From Kiritimatiellia bacterium (GTDB lineage Bacteria; Verrucomicrobiota; Kiritimatiellia; RFP12; UBA1067), in assembly GCA_045656285.1 (NCBI GenBank), contig JAZOQY010000041.1, positions 129,404 through 193,403 of the forward strand: a DNA stretch of 64,000 nucleotides, read 5' to 3'. Of the stretch, positions 7,703-18,043 are shown piece by piece. Position 1 is the stretch's first letter. Each line of letters opens with the position of its first letter. Under the pieces are notes generated by a model. The model saw only the letters and a program-made list of their open reading frames with translations. It ran no database searches and was not told where the DNA came from. The position numbers and the translations under genes were made by a program.

Positions 7703-9973
7703 TCAGTAGAACCGATAGGGAATGATCACCATGGCCGATCTTACGCCCGCGGACTTGGCTTTGATGCGAATCGGCACATGAGAACCGGGTTTGCGCCGCA
7801 AGATCACCTGGGCCTTGCCGCCTGAAAGTCCGACAGAGGCGCTTCGTCTGCCGTCGTCATCAACAGACCCCCTTTCGCCCGCGTCGTTCGTACACCCGGT
7901 AAACTCGCCGGGACCGTCCTCAAGGGTAAATTCGACCTGGCAATCCGCACCGTTTTTCAGTCTGCCGTCCCCGTCGGAGAGCATGACCTCCAAGACGATG
8001 CTGTCATTCGCGCGCAACGCCGCCAAACACGGGTAAAACCGCAATGCCTCCGCCGCACAAGTAGTCTTCAACACTTCTTCGGTGTAATATACGTCGTTTT
8101 TGCTGGCGATCGCCTTCAACTCGCCTTCCCGATAGACAACATCCTTGGCAAATCTGCAGCGGGAGACCTTTTCAGGCTTTCCGGCATCAGATCCGTTTAC
8201 ATAGAAATTAACGCTGTCGGCATCAGTTATACACTCAATGCGAACGGTTTCTCCGTCCTTCCAGTCCCAGTGCGGTTTGATAACCAGCGTTTTGTCGCCA
8301 GGCATATAAGAGCTTTTCAGAAGAGCAAGCTTTTCGTCGTCAACATGCCCCAGAGCCGGAATGAAACGGTCCCTGTCGAGCCCCAGCTTTTTCAGATCGT
8401 CTTCGTCAAACGCCAAAAGCCCGACTTCATCGCACAAATCAAAGAACCGTCTGTTCGTCTTGACCTTGTCGAAAAGAACCGCGTTTACGCCCGCGTCCTT
8501 GAAGCTTTGAAGTTTGATCCTGGCTTGAGGCTCGCTGAACGCCTCACCCAGAGCGCCAAGCGAAGAATCGGACAAAACCCCCTTTACAACCGTCTTGCGA
8601 CCGTTCAAAAGCACTGAATCCGGCGATAACGGCGCAATGGTGCGGACAGCATACCGACCGACCCCGCCGTTCTTCACGACAGGATTGTCGAAACTCCAGA
8701 TTCGAGGCTTGTCTATCTGATACTCCTTTGAAACCGGTTTAACCTGCGTATTCGAACCATCGCCGAACGACGTTAGATTCTCGACGAGCATCGTCGCTTC
8801 ACTGCCTGTCAGCTTCGTAAACGAAATCTTTTGGGAGCCGCAGACCACCCGCTCCTTGCGGTCGAAAACATCGACCCACACCTCCCCGGTGATTCCGGCG
8901 CTCTTGACCGACGCATCCGACGCATCAACCGTTATCGCAAGAGCATTCTCCTCTCCATATTTTATCGCATCGGAAATATCAACCTCATAGCCATCCCGCC
9001 CGACATCTTTGACCTGAAGCTCTGTATTGTTCACCTTGACCGAAAAACTTCCGTTCACCGCCGCCAGACGCAGCGCGACATATAGGCCTTCGACATCTTT
9101 TTCGACACGGAACGAACGCTTGAACTCGGCCTTCGCGACATCGCGGAAGAACTCCGAGGCGGTCGCGCGCCAATCGACAGGCAGATTCACTTCAATTTCG
9201 CGGGAATCTTCGCAGTTCGGACAAAAACGCCATCCCATGCCCAGAGAACGGCACCCTCGCGAGGTAACGACCCCTTCTAGCGCAGGTGTCTTTGCCCGAG
9301 CCTGGGCGACACGAATCTCCGCCATCTTCTTCTCGCCCTCGCTCTCGACCCACATATTGCCGCGCAAATGCCACGGCATCCATCCGTCAGCCCACGAATC
9401 ATCCCTGAACGCCTCTTGATAAAGCGAGGTGTCGGCGATTACGTCGTCTGAGGTGCCGGCTTCGCCGTCAGGACCTTTTGAATACAGCACGGGATCTTTA
9501 TCATCACCGGGATTTTCGTAGACATACTCATTATCCCACGGATCCGGCAGAATCTGATTGACGTAAGGTCCCATCCACCCCGGCTTCGGCTTCTTCATGC
9601 GCGTTATCGCCAGGTATTCCAGACCTTCTTCCGTAGTCGGATATGTCCCGACATGATAACGGTAGCGACCAAGCGCTATGGCCAAATTGTCGAGATGTTC
9701 CTTGACGGCATCCTGTTTTGAATTGGTCAGATCCAACCCTTTGCGCTTGAAGATGGCAGAGCTCAAAAGCCCTCCTACGACGCACAGCACGATCAAAATG
9801 GCCATGTAATACGGGAAACCCCGTTTCATCTTCGGGAAAGCCAGCCCAAGTTCCGCCCTCTTCTGGTCAAACTCCAGGGCAATCGCCTTTTTTATCGACG
9901 AAATATCCTTCTTCTTGCCGTTCTTCTTTTTCTTGGAAGGAAATTTCTTGCGCAATAGACTGTTACTGACCAT
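7703..9973 (-). CDS. GspG-like pseudopilin domain fused to a GH2-like (β-galactosidase-fold) C-terminal region
   Basis: Lys-rich N-terminus, a TM helix (YYMAILIVLCVVGGLL), then a T2SS-G-like domain (…LGRYRYHVGTYPTTEEGLEYL…PGWMGPYVNQILPDPWDNEYVYENPGDD). Downstream are GH2-like blocks (PRIWSFDNP; LLNGRKTVVKGV; FDLCDEVGLLAFDED; C-terminal VNFYVNGSDAGK…). An alternative start MKRGFPYY sits at 9829. Confidence 0.6.
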   Translation of the reverse strand: MVSNSLLRKKFPSKKKKNGKKKDISSIKKAIALEFDQKRAELGLAFPKMKRGFPYYMAILIVLCVVGGLLSSAIFKRKGLDLTNSKQDAVKEHLDNLAIALGRYRYHVGTYPTTEEGLEYLAITRMKKPKPGWMGPYVNQILPDPWDNEYVYENPGDDKDPVLYSKGPDGEAGTSDDVIADTSLYQEAFRDDSWADGWMPWHLRGNMWVESEGEKKMAEIRVAQARAKTPALEGVVTSRGCRSLGMGWRFCPNCEDSREIEVNLPVDWRATASEFFRDVAKAEFKRSFRVEKDVEGLYVALRLAAVNGSFSVKVNNTELQVKDVGRDGYEVDISDAIKYGEENALAITVDASDASVKSAGITGEVWVDVFDRKERVVCGSQKISFTKLTGSEATMLVENLTSFGDGSNTQVKPVSKEYQIDKPRIWSFDNPVVKNGGVGRYAVRTIAPLSPDSVLLNGRKTVVKGVLSDSSLGALGEAFSEPQARIKLQSFKDAGVNAVLFDKVKTNRRFFDLCDEVGLLAFDEDDLKKLGLDRDRFIPALGHVDDEKLALLKSSYMPGDKTLVIKPHWDWKDGETVRIECITDADSVNFYVNGSDAGKPEKVSRCRFAKDVVYREGELKAIASKNDVYYTEEVLKTTCAAEALRFYPCLAALRANDSIVLEVMLSDGDGRLKNGADCQVEFTLEDGPGEFTGCTNDAGERGSVDDDGRRSASVGLSGGKAQVILRRKPGSHVPIRIKAKSAGVRSAMVIIPYRFY

Positions 9974-9985
9974 ACGTCTGCAGAC

Positions 9986-11290
9986 TTAAGCGATTCGTTC
10001 AAAAATTAGGCTGCCAGGCCTTTCGGCCGACGGCGAAACCGTAAACGCCTTAAAAAGTTCGGAGGCCGCGCTTTCCAATCCGTCCGGAGACCCCGACTTC
10101 TCCAACGTCGCCAGCGGAGAACCCGTCGAAACCTTGTCGCCGATCTGGACATCGAGAGTCACGCCGGCCAAGGAATCGATCGCATCGCTGGCCTTTTCGC
10201 GCCCCGCGCCGAGCTTGAACGCGACGCGCGCGACCTTCTCGGCATCGATCGCCGAAACGACACCCGAGCGCATCGCCTGGATCTTGAACTTGAACTTCGG
10301 TTGGGCAAGAAGCTTTTCGAACTTTTCGAGATCACCCCCATGGGCGGCGACCATCGCCCTGAACTTTTCGAGTGCACTTCCGTCCAAAAGCCTCTCGCGG
10401 CAAAGCGCGCGCGCCTCGTCAAGAGGCATATCCTTCGCAAGCGAAACCATAAGGGACGACAATTCCAGCGAAAGAGCCACATCCGGACGGTCGACGAACG
10501 CGGAAGGAGACGAAAGGATCTCGATCGCTTCAGCGACCTCATTGGCATTGCCTACGGCGCGGCCCAGGGGCGTATTCATATCGGTCACGAGCGCTGCCGC
10601 CTTGCGGCCCGCCGCCTTTGCGCCGGAGACGAGAGCGCGAGCGAGCTCGCACGCATCCTCCTTCGTCTTCATGAATGCGCCGAGGCCCCACTTGACGTCG
10701 AACACCAACGTCGAGGCGCCTTCCGCCAGCTTCTTGGAGAGTATGGATCCTACGATAAGCGGAATCGACGCGACCGTCCCCGTAACATCCCTGAGCGCAT
10801 AAAGCTTCTTGTCGGCGGGCGTTATCTCCCCCGTCTGAACCGTCATCGAAACGCCGACATCGGCGACGACCTTCTGAAAATCATCGAGAGAAAGGGATGC
10901 GTTGTACCCGGGGATCGTCTCGAGCTTGTCGGCCGTTCCGCCGGTCAGCCCGAGCCCGCGGCCGGTGAGCGACGGGACGGCCACGCCGCATGCAGCAGCA
11001 AGAGGCTGAACAATCAAAGAGAGCTTGTCGCCGACTCCTCCGGTCGAATGCTTGTCGGCGGTGGGGATGTCGAGCCTCCAGTCCAGACAGCGCCCTGAGC
11101 GCATCATCGCATCGGTCAGATCCGCAGTCTCGCGCTCCGTCATCCCGCGACAGCATATCGCCATCGCCAAGGCGCTCATCTGGTAATCGGGGATTTCGCC
11201 CGCCGTAAAGCCCTCGATGAATTCGCGTATCTCGGCGGAGCCCAACGCGCGGCCTTCACGCTTCTTGTCGATGATGAGTTTCGCGATCAT
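9986..11290 (-). CDS. Thymidine/pyrimidine-nucleoside phosphorylase
   Basis: …HSTGGVGDKLSLIVQPLAAACGVAVPSLTGRGLGLTGGTADKLETIPG…, the glycosyltransferase-family-3 fold typical of DeoA/Pdp. Confidence 0.9.
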   Translation of the reverse strand: MIAKLIIDKKREGRALGSAEIREFIEGFTAGEIPDYQMSALAMAICCRGMTERETADLTDAMMRSGRCLDWRLDIPTADKHSTGGVGDKLSLIVQPLAAACGVAVPSLTGRGLGLTGGTADKLETIPGYNASLSLDDFQKVVADVGVSMTVQTGEITPADKKLYALRDVTGTVASIPLIVGSILSKKLAEGASTLVFDVKWGLGAFMKTKEDACELARALVSGAKAAGRKAAALVTDMNTPLGRAVGNANEVAEAIEILSSPSAFVDRPDVALSLELSSLMVSLAKDMPLDEARALCRERLLDGSALEKFRAMVAAHGGDLEKFEKLLAQPKFKFKIQAMRSGVVSAIDAEKVARVAFKLGAGREKASDAIDSLAGVTLDVQIGDKVSTGSPLATLEKSGSPDGLESAASELFKAFTVSPSAERPGSLIFERIA

Positions 11291-11308
11291 AAGAGCAGCC
11301 TCCCTCGT

Positions 11309-12133
11309 TTAAAGCACACGATTGTCTATGAGCCTCGTCTTGCCGTTGAAGACCGCGAGCAGGACGCAAACGCCCTTCGCCGTCTTCTTTGCGTCGGCGA
11401 GGGTTTCGCCATCGACAAATTCGACATAGTCGACCTTGAGCCCCTCCTTCTCGAGAGCCTTGGCAATTCTCGCCTTTTCGGCTTTGACGCTCCGGCCGGG
11501 CTCAACGCTCTTGAGAAGACGCGACAGGGCGAGCGCGCGCTCACGCTCATCGTCCGACAGATACGTATTGCGCGACGACATCGCAAGCCCCGACTTCTCG
11601 CGCACGATGGGAGCTACGACAATGTCGAGATCGAAATTAAGATCGCGCACCATCCGCTTTATCACCTGAGCCTGCTGATAATCCTTCATGCCGAACACGG
11701 CGAAATCGGGATGGGCGAGATTGAACAGTTTCGCGACAACGGTGCATACGCCCCGGAAGTGTCCGGGGCGGCGCGCGCCGCAAAGCCCCTTCGAGAGCAG
11801 CTCCTCGTCGACATAGACGCTGTGGCTGTCCAGATACATGTTCGCGCTCGTCGGAAAGAATACAGCCGTCGCGCCTGCGGCGCGGCACTTCGCAAGATCG
11901 GACTTCTCGTCGCGCGGATACTTTTCGAAATCCTCGTTTGGCCCGAACTGGACGGGGTTCACGAAAACGCTGACGATGATCTCGTCGGCCTTGCGCTTCC
12001 TGGCCTCTGCGATCAGGCTCAAGTGTCCGTCATGCAGATAACCCATCGTCGGCACGAGAGCGATTTTCGCTCCTGCCTTCGAACGCTGCCGCGCCCACTT
12101 CTGAAACTTGCCGGGCTCCCTGAAAATCTTCAT
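11309..12133 (-). CDS. panC: Pantoate–β-alanine ligase
   Basis: [18 protein letters not shown]… HIGH-type motif. Start re-picked at MKIF (ATG 12131–12133), which forms an ATGA overlap with the nfo stop. Confidence 0.9.
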   Translation of the reverse strand: MKIFREPGKFQKWARQRSKAGAKIALVPTMGYLHDGHLSLIAEARKRKADEIIVSVFVNPVQFGPNEDFEKYPRDEKSDLAKCRAAGATAVFFPTSANMYLDSHSVYVDEELLSKGLCGARRPGHFRGVCTVVAKLFNLAHPDFAVFGMKDYQQAQVIKRMVRDLNFDLDIVVAPIVREKSGLAMSSRNTYLSDDERERALALSRLLKSVEPGRSVKAEKARIAKALEKEGLKVDYVEFVDGETLADAKKTAKGVCVLLAVFNGKTRLIDNRVL

Positions 12134-12960
12134 TTCTGCAATCCTTTCAAAAGCTCGATTTCTTCTTTGTACCCCTGAAGATCGCAAGGCGTCTCGAGGT
12201 AGAACGGCAGATCCCTGAGCTTGGGGTGATTCACGATCCGCTCGAACGCTTCAAGCCCGATCTTGCCCTTGCCGATCTTCTCGTGGCGATCCTTGTGGGC
12301 GGCGAGAGTGTTCATCGTGTCGTTCAGGTGGATCGCCTTGAGCCTCTCAAGGCCGATCACGCGGTCGAACTCGTCGAGAACGCCGTCAAGATCGCCTACG
12401 ATATCATAGCCGCCGTCCCAGACGTGGCACGTATCGAGACACACTCCGAGATCGAGGCCGCTCAGGTCCATAATGGCGCGAAGCTCCGCAAAATTGCGGC
12501 CGATCTCGGAGCCCTTGCCGGCCATGGTCTCAAGAAGAACGGTGGTCGACGGCGTCGAACCGAAATTCCCGAAGATGCGCTTGAGCATCCCCGCGATAAG
12601 TTCTATGCCCTTCTCGGCACCTTGGCCGACATGGGAGCCCGGATGGAAATTGTACAAGGCTCCGGGCGTAAGCTCAAGCCGGCGCAGATCGTCGGCCATC
12701 GTCATTTCGGCGAATTCCCTCACCCGCTCTTCGGCGCCCGCCGCGTTGAGCGTATAGGGAGCGTGGGCGAGAATCGGGCCGATTCCGTTCGCTGCGGCAT
12801 ATTCGTTGAACGCCGCAACATCGGCCTTGTCGATGGGCTTGGCCGCGCCGCCGCGCGGATTGCGCGTAAAGAACTGAAAAACGTTAGCGCCTATCGAAAC
12901 GGCCGTCTGTCCCATGGCCAGATATCCGCCGCTCGAGGAAAGATGACATCCTATCTTCAT
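12130..12960 (-). CDS. nfo: Endonuclease IV (AP endonuclease, TIM barrel)
   Basis: [12 protein letters not shown]…[13 protein letters not shown]… and conserved metal ligands (…[12 protein letters not shown]…). Start re-picked at ATG 12958–12960. Confidence 0.85.
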   Translation of the reverse strand: MKIGCHLSSSGGYLAMGQTAVSIGANVFQFFTRNPRGGAAKPIDKADVAAFNEYAAANGIGPILAHAPYTLNAAGAEERVREFAEMTMADDLRRLELTPGALYNFHPGSHVGQGAEKGIELIAGMLKRIFGNFGSTPSTTVLLETMAGKGSEIGRNFAELRAIMDLSGLDLGVCLDTCHVWDGGYDIVGDLDGVLDEFDRVIGLERLKAIHLNDTMNTLAAHKDRHEKIGKGKIGLEAFERIVNHPKLRDLPFYLETPCDLQGYKEEIELLKGLQK

Positions 12961-12986
12961 ATCTTGAAATAATCCTGTGGACTTGT

Positions 12987-14042
12987 TCACTGACACAATT
13001 GCAGAACAAGCATAGCGAACGAGGTGCAAAGCACGGGGTCGGACTCCCAGAACCTGTTGTTGTCGTTGTACCAGCTTCCGTCCGGCTTCTGAAGGCTGAT
13101 CAACTTCTCCGAAAGTTCCTTCTTCCAGTCGTGCTGGCCGACCTTATCGACCCCGGAGGCGGACAGCGCGCGGGCCATGATGTCGTAAAAATAGAAAAGA
13201 CCCTGATTGCCCATTCCGGGATTCTCGTCGACACTCCAGTTCCGCTTGCAGTACTCGAGCGAATCCCTGACTCGCGGATCTTCGCGACTGAGCTTCGCAT
13301 GGCACATCGAAAGAACGGCCGCGTACGTCATCGAACCGTATGCTCGAAGATGAACCCGATTTCGGGAATTGGTGACCGTCCCCGCCTGAGGCGTCCTGTC
13401 GTTGTACGCCGCGCCTCCAGCGTCGGGACCGTCTTTTTTCATGAGGTTGTCCACAAACTCAAGCGCCTTCTCCCAGTCCAGATCGACGCGCTTTCCGCCG
13501 GACCGGAACTCCTCCAGGGACTCGGTTCTCCGCATCGCATCCAGCGCGTAGCTCGTATTCGACAGATCCGCATAGCGTCTCCTCGAAAGCTTGTCGTATC
13601 CAAAGCCTCCCGCCATCGTGTCGTCGCCGGTAAGTTGCGACGATGCGATATATTCGCGCGCCTTCAAAAGCGGAGCCGAAGGGCAGATTTTAGACTCGAA
13701 GAGCGCTGAAAGGCACACCGCGGTATTGTAATTGCCGAGACCGGAGCCTCCGCGACCCGGCTTAGGCACATAAAACCCGCCGTCTTCGCGCTGCGTCGAA
13801 AGAACATACTTCACGCCTTTCCTGACGGCGTCAGACGCCCCGGGGGAGCGCTTGTCGGAAACGCCCGACAACGCCCAGACAGGGAGCGCCGTCAACGCCG
13901 GCATCTGCCTGTCGCTCCAGCAGCCCTCGCTCGACTGTCTGGAGAGAAGGAATGCCGCACCCTTGTCGATAGACTCCTCGATCGTCACGCCAGGCGAAAC
14001 AGCGGCGAACAGACAGAGCGCCAGAAGCAAAACCTTTTTCAT
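12987..14042 (-). CDS. Secreted protein with prenyltransferase/squalene-cyclase-like α/α-toroid repeats
   Basis: Signal peptide [16 protein letters not shown]. Repeated QxxxGxW-like segments ([11 protein letters not shown]; STQREDGGF; [11 protein letters not shown]). Confidence 0.5.
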   Translation of the reverse strand: MKKVLLLALCLFAAVSPGVTIEESIDKGAAFLLSRQSSEGCWSDRQMPALTALPVWALSGVSDKRSPGASDAVRKGVKYVLSTQREDGGFYVPKPGRGGSGLGNYNTAVCLSALFESKICPSAPLLKAREYIASSQLTGDDTMAGGFGYDKLSRRRYADLSNTSYALDAMRRTESLEEFRSGGKRVDLDWEKALEFVDNLMKKDGPDAGGAAYNDRTPQAGTVTNSRNRVHLRAYGSMTYAAVLSMCHAKLSREDPRVRDSLEYCKRNWSVDENPGMGNQGLFYFYDIMARALSASGVDKVGQHDWKKELSEKLISLQKPDGSWYNDNNRFWESDPVLCTSFAMLVLQLCQ

Positions 14043-14100
14043 GTAAATTCTCCTTTTGTTATTGAACGTGCTTCAGTTGAAAAAGGTTTATGAAAACCTC

Positions 14101-14880
14101 TCAACTGACGCCACGCGTAGAATTGCGGTAGAAAGCCACAAGCTCCTTTATCTCCTCGAACGGCTCGACATCATGCTCGACACGATCCAGAGCCTGCGAG
14201 CGATTGAGCCCGTCGCGATAGAGAAAGCGATGCGCTTCCTTCAAAGCCTGGAGAACGTCGCGCTTGAACCCGCGACGGTTGAGACCCACCACGTTGGGAC
14301 CTATGACCTTGAGGGATCCCTCAACCATGTCGCCGAGCATGTAGGGCGGGAAGTCCTGCCTGATTTTGCACATTCCGCCGACCATGGCGTGCTTGCCGAC
14401 GGTGCAGAACTGATGCGATGCCGAACATCCGCCGACGATCGCGTAATCGTGAAGATGAACGTCGCCGGCGAGCTGCACGGAATTGGAGCAGATCACATGA
14501 TTTCCCAAAATGCACCCGTGAGCGGCGTGGCAGTAGGCCATGAAAAGGCAATCGCTGCCGATGATCGTCTTTTCTCCGTCCGCCGTTCCGAGATGGACCG
14601 TCGCAAATTCGCGAATCACCGTCCTGTCGCCGATTTCGACATAGCTTACGGACCCCTCCTGGTATTTAAGGTCCTGAGTCTTCATTCCGATAAGGGCATA
14701 CGGAAAGATCTGGCACTGTTCGCCGATTGTTGTATGTCCGTCAACAATGGCTCCCTGTCCGATCGAAGTGCGGTTGCCGAGCTTTACGTCGGCCCCGACA
14801 CGGGCGTAAGCGCCGATGATCACATCTTCTCCGAGAACGGCACCGTCTTCGACAATTGCTGTAGGATGAATTTTAGACAT
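14101..14880 (-). CDS. lpxA: Acyl-ACP–UDP-N-acetylglucosamine O-acyltransferase
   Basis: MSKIHPTAIVEDGAVLGEDVIIGAYARVG… left-handed β-helix hexapeptide repeats. 259 aa, full length. Confidence 0.9.
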   Translation of the reverse strand: MSKIHPTAIVEDGAVLGEDVIIGAYARVGADVKLGNRTSIGQGAIVDGHTTIGEQCQIFPYALIGMKTQDLKYQEGSVSYVEIGDRTVIREFATVHLGTADGEKTIIGSDCLFMAYCHAAHGCILGNHVICSNSVQLAGDVHLHDYAIVGGCSASHQFCTVGKHAMVGGMCKIRQDFPPYMLGDMVEGSLKVIGPNVVGLNRRGFKRDVLQALKEAHRFLYRDGLNRSQALDRVEHDVEPFEEIKELVAFYRNSTRGVS

Positions 14881-14898
14881 ACGACCTCCTTGATTGAT

Positions 14899-16011
14899 TT
14901 AAAGATTGCGTTTTATGAACCATGCCGAAAGAGCCAGGCACGCCGCCGGCGCAAGCCAAATGAGGATCTCCGGATGAATAAAATACTTTTTGTGTATGTT
15001 GAGCATCAGCATCACAATAAGATAGAACCCCAAGGCTATGCCGATCGAAATGGCCATTCCGATAGTGGACTCCTTCCGCTGGGAACGGATGCCCAGCGGG
15101 ATTCCGACGAGAACGAAGCAAAGCGACGCCATGGCGAAGACGAAACGCTTTGAAAACTCGACTTTTGTCTTGGAAATATGCTGGCGAAGCTTATGCTTCG
15201 CATCCTCGAACTCCTCCCCCGATCCGCTCATCGACTCCAGCACCTCGGTGTCTTTATCAATGGCGGCCGTGATTTCGGCGAAATTGAAATCCTTCATCTT
15301 TTTGACATAGGTTTTCCTGTCCACCTTGATCGGGTAATGGACATACCTGCCCGTCGCCATCCCCGGTCTGTTCGCCTCGATCGGCTCGACCCTCACGCCA
15401 TAAAGATCCAACGCTATATCGTCGTCTTCTCCTATGACCAGCGCCTTCTGGGCGTGGATTGTCCTTGTTACCTTTTCGTCGGTCTTGTCTGTCGCCATTA
15501 TATCGTAGAGCCAACGCCCTTCCTTTCGCCCGACATAGAGAGTGACATTCGGGAATTCGGTCATCATAACACCGGGCTTTATGATGTCGACAGCGTCGCC
15601 GAGCGAAATGTCGGCCGTCATTTCCCGGCGCACCTCGTGCCCGCGCGGAACGATCTCGTTGTTGACCCACATGCCCAGAAGAGAGCATCCCAGCGCAAAA
15701 AGCAGCGGCCACTTCATCACGCTCAAAAGGTTGACCCCGCATGCGCGCATCGCGGCGATCTCGCTGTCGGCCGAGAGGCGCGAAAAGACCAGGACGCTCG
15801 AGACAAGCAACGACAGGGGTATCGTCCATTGCAGCGTTTCGGGGAAGCTTATCGCAGCGAACTTGCCGACAAGCTTGATCGGAAGGCCGTCCATGATAAA
15901 CCCGACGATCTGGACCAGAAGACCTATCGTCAAAACGAAACTGAGAACGAGAAACGCCAACGCGAAACTCGACAGAAACGATTTAAAAACGTATTTGTCT
16001 ATCGTCTTCAA
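14899..16011 (-). CDS. LptF/LptG-family LPS export permease (YjgP/YjgQ)
   Basis: MKTIDKYVFKSF… with six TM segments and a periplasmic β-jellyroll insert. The start codon is TTG (16009–16011) and overlaps the tyrS stop (TTGA). Confidence 0.75.
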   Translation of the reverse strand: MKTIDKYVFKSFLSSFALAFLVLSFVLTIGLLVQIVGFIMDGLPIKLVGKFAAISFPETLQWTIPLSLLVSSVLVFSRLSADSEIAAMRACGVNLLSVMKWPLLFALGCSLLGMWVNNEIVPRGHEVRREMTADISLGDAVDIIKPGVMMTEFPNVTLYVGRKEGRWLYDIMATDKTDEKVTRTIHAQKALVIGEDDDIALDLYGVRVEPIEANRPGMATGRYVHYPIKVDRKTYVKKMKDFNFAEITAAIDKDTEVLESMSGSGEEFEDAKHKLRQHISKTKVEFSKRFVFAMASLCFVLVGIPLGIRSQRKESTIGMAISIGIALGFYLIVMLMLNIHKKYFIHPEILIWLAPAACLALSAWFIKRNL

Positions 16012-17273
16012 TTCTTGGCCTTTATCAGGAAGTTGGCTTTTTTGCCCTGACGGAGCACCGCCAGTTCGCCATCAATGAGATCTTCTTTCTCAAAAACACG
16101 CTTGTCGTCAACCTTGACGCCGTTCAGCGAAAGCCCGCCCTGGACGGCCATGCGGCGAGCCTCGCCGTTTGACTTGAACATGCCCGCGGCGGCAGCGACC
16201 GCATAGACGCACTTTCCGGCGATTTCGGAGATGGGCAGTTCGGCCGATTTGACGTCTTTGAAGATCTGGGAAAGCTCAGCCGCCGACTTGCCGGAAACAT
16301 CGCCGCCGAAAAGAGTCTTGGTGGCGCTGAGCGCGGTCTGAAGCCCCTCTTCGCCGTGAACAAGCCTCGTAAGCTCCTCGGCCAGGGCCTTCTGGGGAAT
16401 GCGAGCTTCTGGATTCGCCTTCATCTCGGCTTCAAGTCGCGCGATCTCATCAAGGCTTTTAAGGGAGAACACCTTCAGATAACGGATCACGTCGGCATCA
16501 GCCGCGCGAAGAAAATACTGGTACCAGTCATACACGCTCGTCATTTCGGCATTCATGAAGAGCGCGTTGCCCTCGGACTTGCCGAACTTTCTGCCGGCGG
16601 AATCGAGCAGGAGCGGGAACGTAAGACCGTACGCCGTCTTTCCGCGCATGCGATGGACGAGATCTGTGCCGGCGGTAATGTTGCCCCACTGATCGGCCCC
16701 GCCTATTTCAAGCATGCAGCCGTAGTTGTCGTAAAGATGGAGAAAATCATTGCCCTGAAGAATCTGATAGGAGAACTCCGTGAACGTAAGAGCGCCCTCC
16801 GACGCTTCGAGACGCTTTTTGACCGATTCCTTGGCCAGCATCTGAGGCACTCGGAAGTTGATCGCTATGTCGCGCAGAAACTCGATCGCGCTCGTTCCCT
16901 TGTACCAGTCGTAATTGTCAACCATCACAGCGGCATTGGGGCCGTCAAAATCAAGAATGCGCGAAAGATTCTCTCTGATGCCCCTCTTGTTCTCTTCGAC
17001 CTGCTCGAGAGTAAGCATATTGCGCTCGGCCGACTTGCCGCTGGGATCGCCGATGAGACCCGTGGCGCCTCCGACAAGCGCGATCACCTTGTGTCCAGCC
17101 TGCTGAAAGCGCTTCAAAACCATGATCGAAACAAGATTTCCAGCCTGCAGACTCCGCGCGCTCGGATCGAAGCCGCAATAGAGAGTCGTGGGTTTCTCGA
17201 GCATTTTGCCGATTTCAGGATCAGTCAAGGCCTCCACAAGGCCGCGTTCTTTAAGTTCTTCTAGCAAGTTCAT
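16008..17273 (-). CDS. tyrS: Tyrosyl-tRNA synthetase
   Basis: …LYCGFDPSARSLQAGNLV… (the HIGH-equivalent region), KFGKS, and a C-terminal S4-like domain. ATG at 17271–17273. Confidence 0.95.
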   Translation of the reverse strand: MNLLEELKERGLVEALTDPEIGKMLEKPTTLYCGFDPSARSLQAGNLVSIMVLKRFQQAGHKVIALVGGATGLIGDPSGKSAERNMLTLEQVEENKRGIRENLSRILDFDGPNAAVMVDNYDWYKGTSAIEFLRDIAINFRVPQMLAKESVKKRLEASEGALTFTEFSYQILQGNDFLHLYDNYGCMLEIGGADQWGNITAGTDLVHRMRGKTAYGLTFPLLLDSAGRKFGKSEGNALFMNAEMTSVYDWYQYFLRAADADVIRYLKVFSLKSLDEIARLEAEMKANPEARIPQKALAEELTRLVHGEEGLQTALSATKTLFGGDVSGKSAAELSQIFKDVKSAELPISEIAGKCVYAVAAAAGMFKSNGEARRMAVQGGLSLNGVKVDDKRVFEKEDLIDGELAVLRQGKKANFLIKAKN

Positions 17274-17281
17274 ATATGTAT

Positions 17282-17290
17282 ATTATATCA
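17282..17290 (-). promoter_or_regulatory. Extended −10 TGATATAAT, 8 nt upstream of the tyrS ATG (candidate leaderless promoter). Its TGA is the stop codon of the upstream gene
   Basis: Minus-strand sequence reads …AATGATATAATATACATAT-ATG. Confidence 0.4.
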
Positions 17291-18040
17291 TTTATCTTTT
17301 AAATCGGCTTTATCGGCATGATGATTTCCGTCTCCGTGCGACTTGCGGTGGAGATGGGGATGCGGAATGTGGATCGTACGCCGCCCTATGAGAACCGGCA
17401 CACCCAAATGGTATTTGATCGCAAGCGCACGTATCACAAAAATACTTATGATGCAGACGATGCTGCAAATGCGCGCATCGACCCCGAACGCCAAAAGTAT
17501 AAAGTAGAGAAGACCGCCCGTAGCGCATGCAAGAGCGTAAATCTCCTTACGGAAAATGAGAGGGACCTCATTGATGCAGATGTCGCGCAGCACACCGCCG
17601 AAAACGGCCGTTATGACACCCATTATGATAGCCTTCCACCAGCAGACAAGAGAGCCGGCCTCCTCGGCGGCAATCACCTTCTCCATGCCTATGACCATAA
17701 AAATCGAAATCGCAATCGTATCGAACACAAACCAGGTTATCTGCTCGGAAATGATGCGTCTGCCGAAAAGCGCAACAGCCAGCACGGCAAGAAACGTCGT
17801 AACCAGGTAACTGGGGTCTTCCATCCAAAACGGAGATTTCTGCATAAGGACATCGCGCAAGGTCCCCCCGCCGAGAGCGGTTATGAATCCGATCACATAC
17901 GCCCCGAACCAGTCGAAGTGCTTGACGCTGGCCATGCGCACGCCGGATATCGCGCCGACAAAAGTCCCGATTTGGGTCAAAACCTCAAGAAACGGCCCTG
18001 GGCCGAGCATTCGCTCGAGGGTTTTGACCACAACATCCAT
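17288..18040 (-). CDS. TRIC/UPF0126-family (YadS/YicG-like) membrane channel protein with a His-rich C-terminal tail
   Basis: Duplicated GxxxxxGGGxxRD-like segments (ALGGGTLRDVLM; AVFGGVLRDI). Tail HIPHPHLHRKSHGDGNHHADK. Confidence 0.65.
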   Translation of the reverse strand: MDVVVKTLERMLGPGPFLEVLTQIGTFVGAISGVRMASVKHFDWFGAYVIGFITALGGGTLRDVLMQKSPFWMEDPSYLVTTFLAVLAVALFGRRIISEQITWFVFDTIAISIFMVIGMEKVIAAEEAGSLVCWWKAIIMGVITAVFGGVLRDICINEVPLIFRKEIYALACATGGLLYFILLAFGVDARICSIVCIISIFVIRALAIKYHLGVPVLIGRRTIHIPHPHLHRKSHGDGNHHADKADLKDK

Positions 18041-18043
18041 GGC

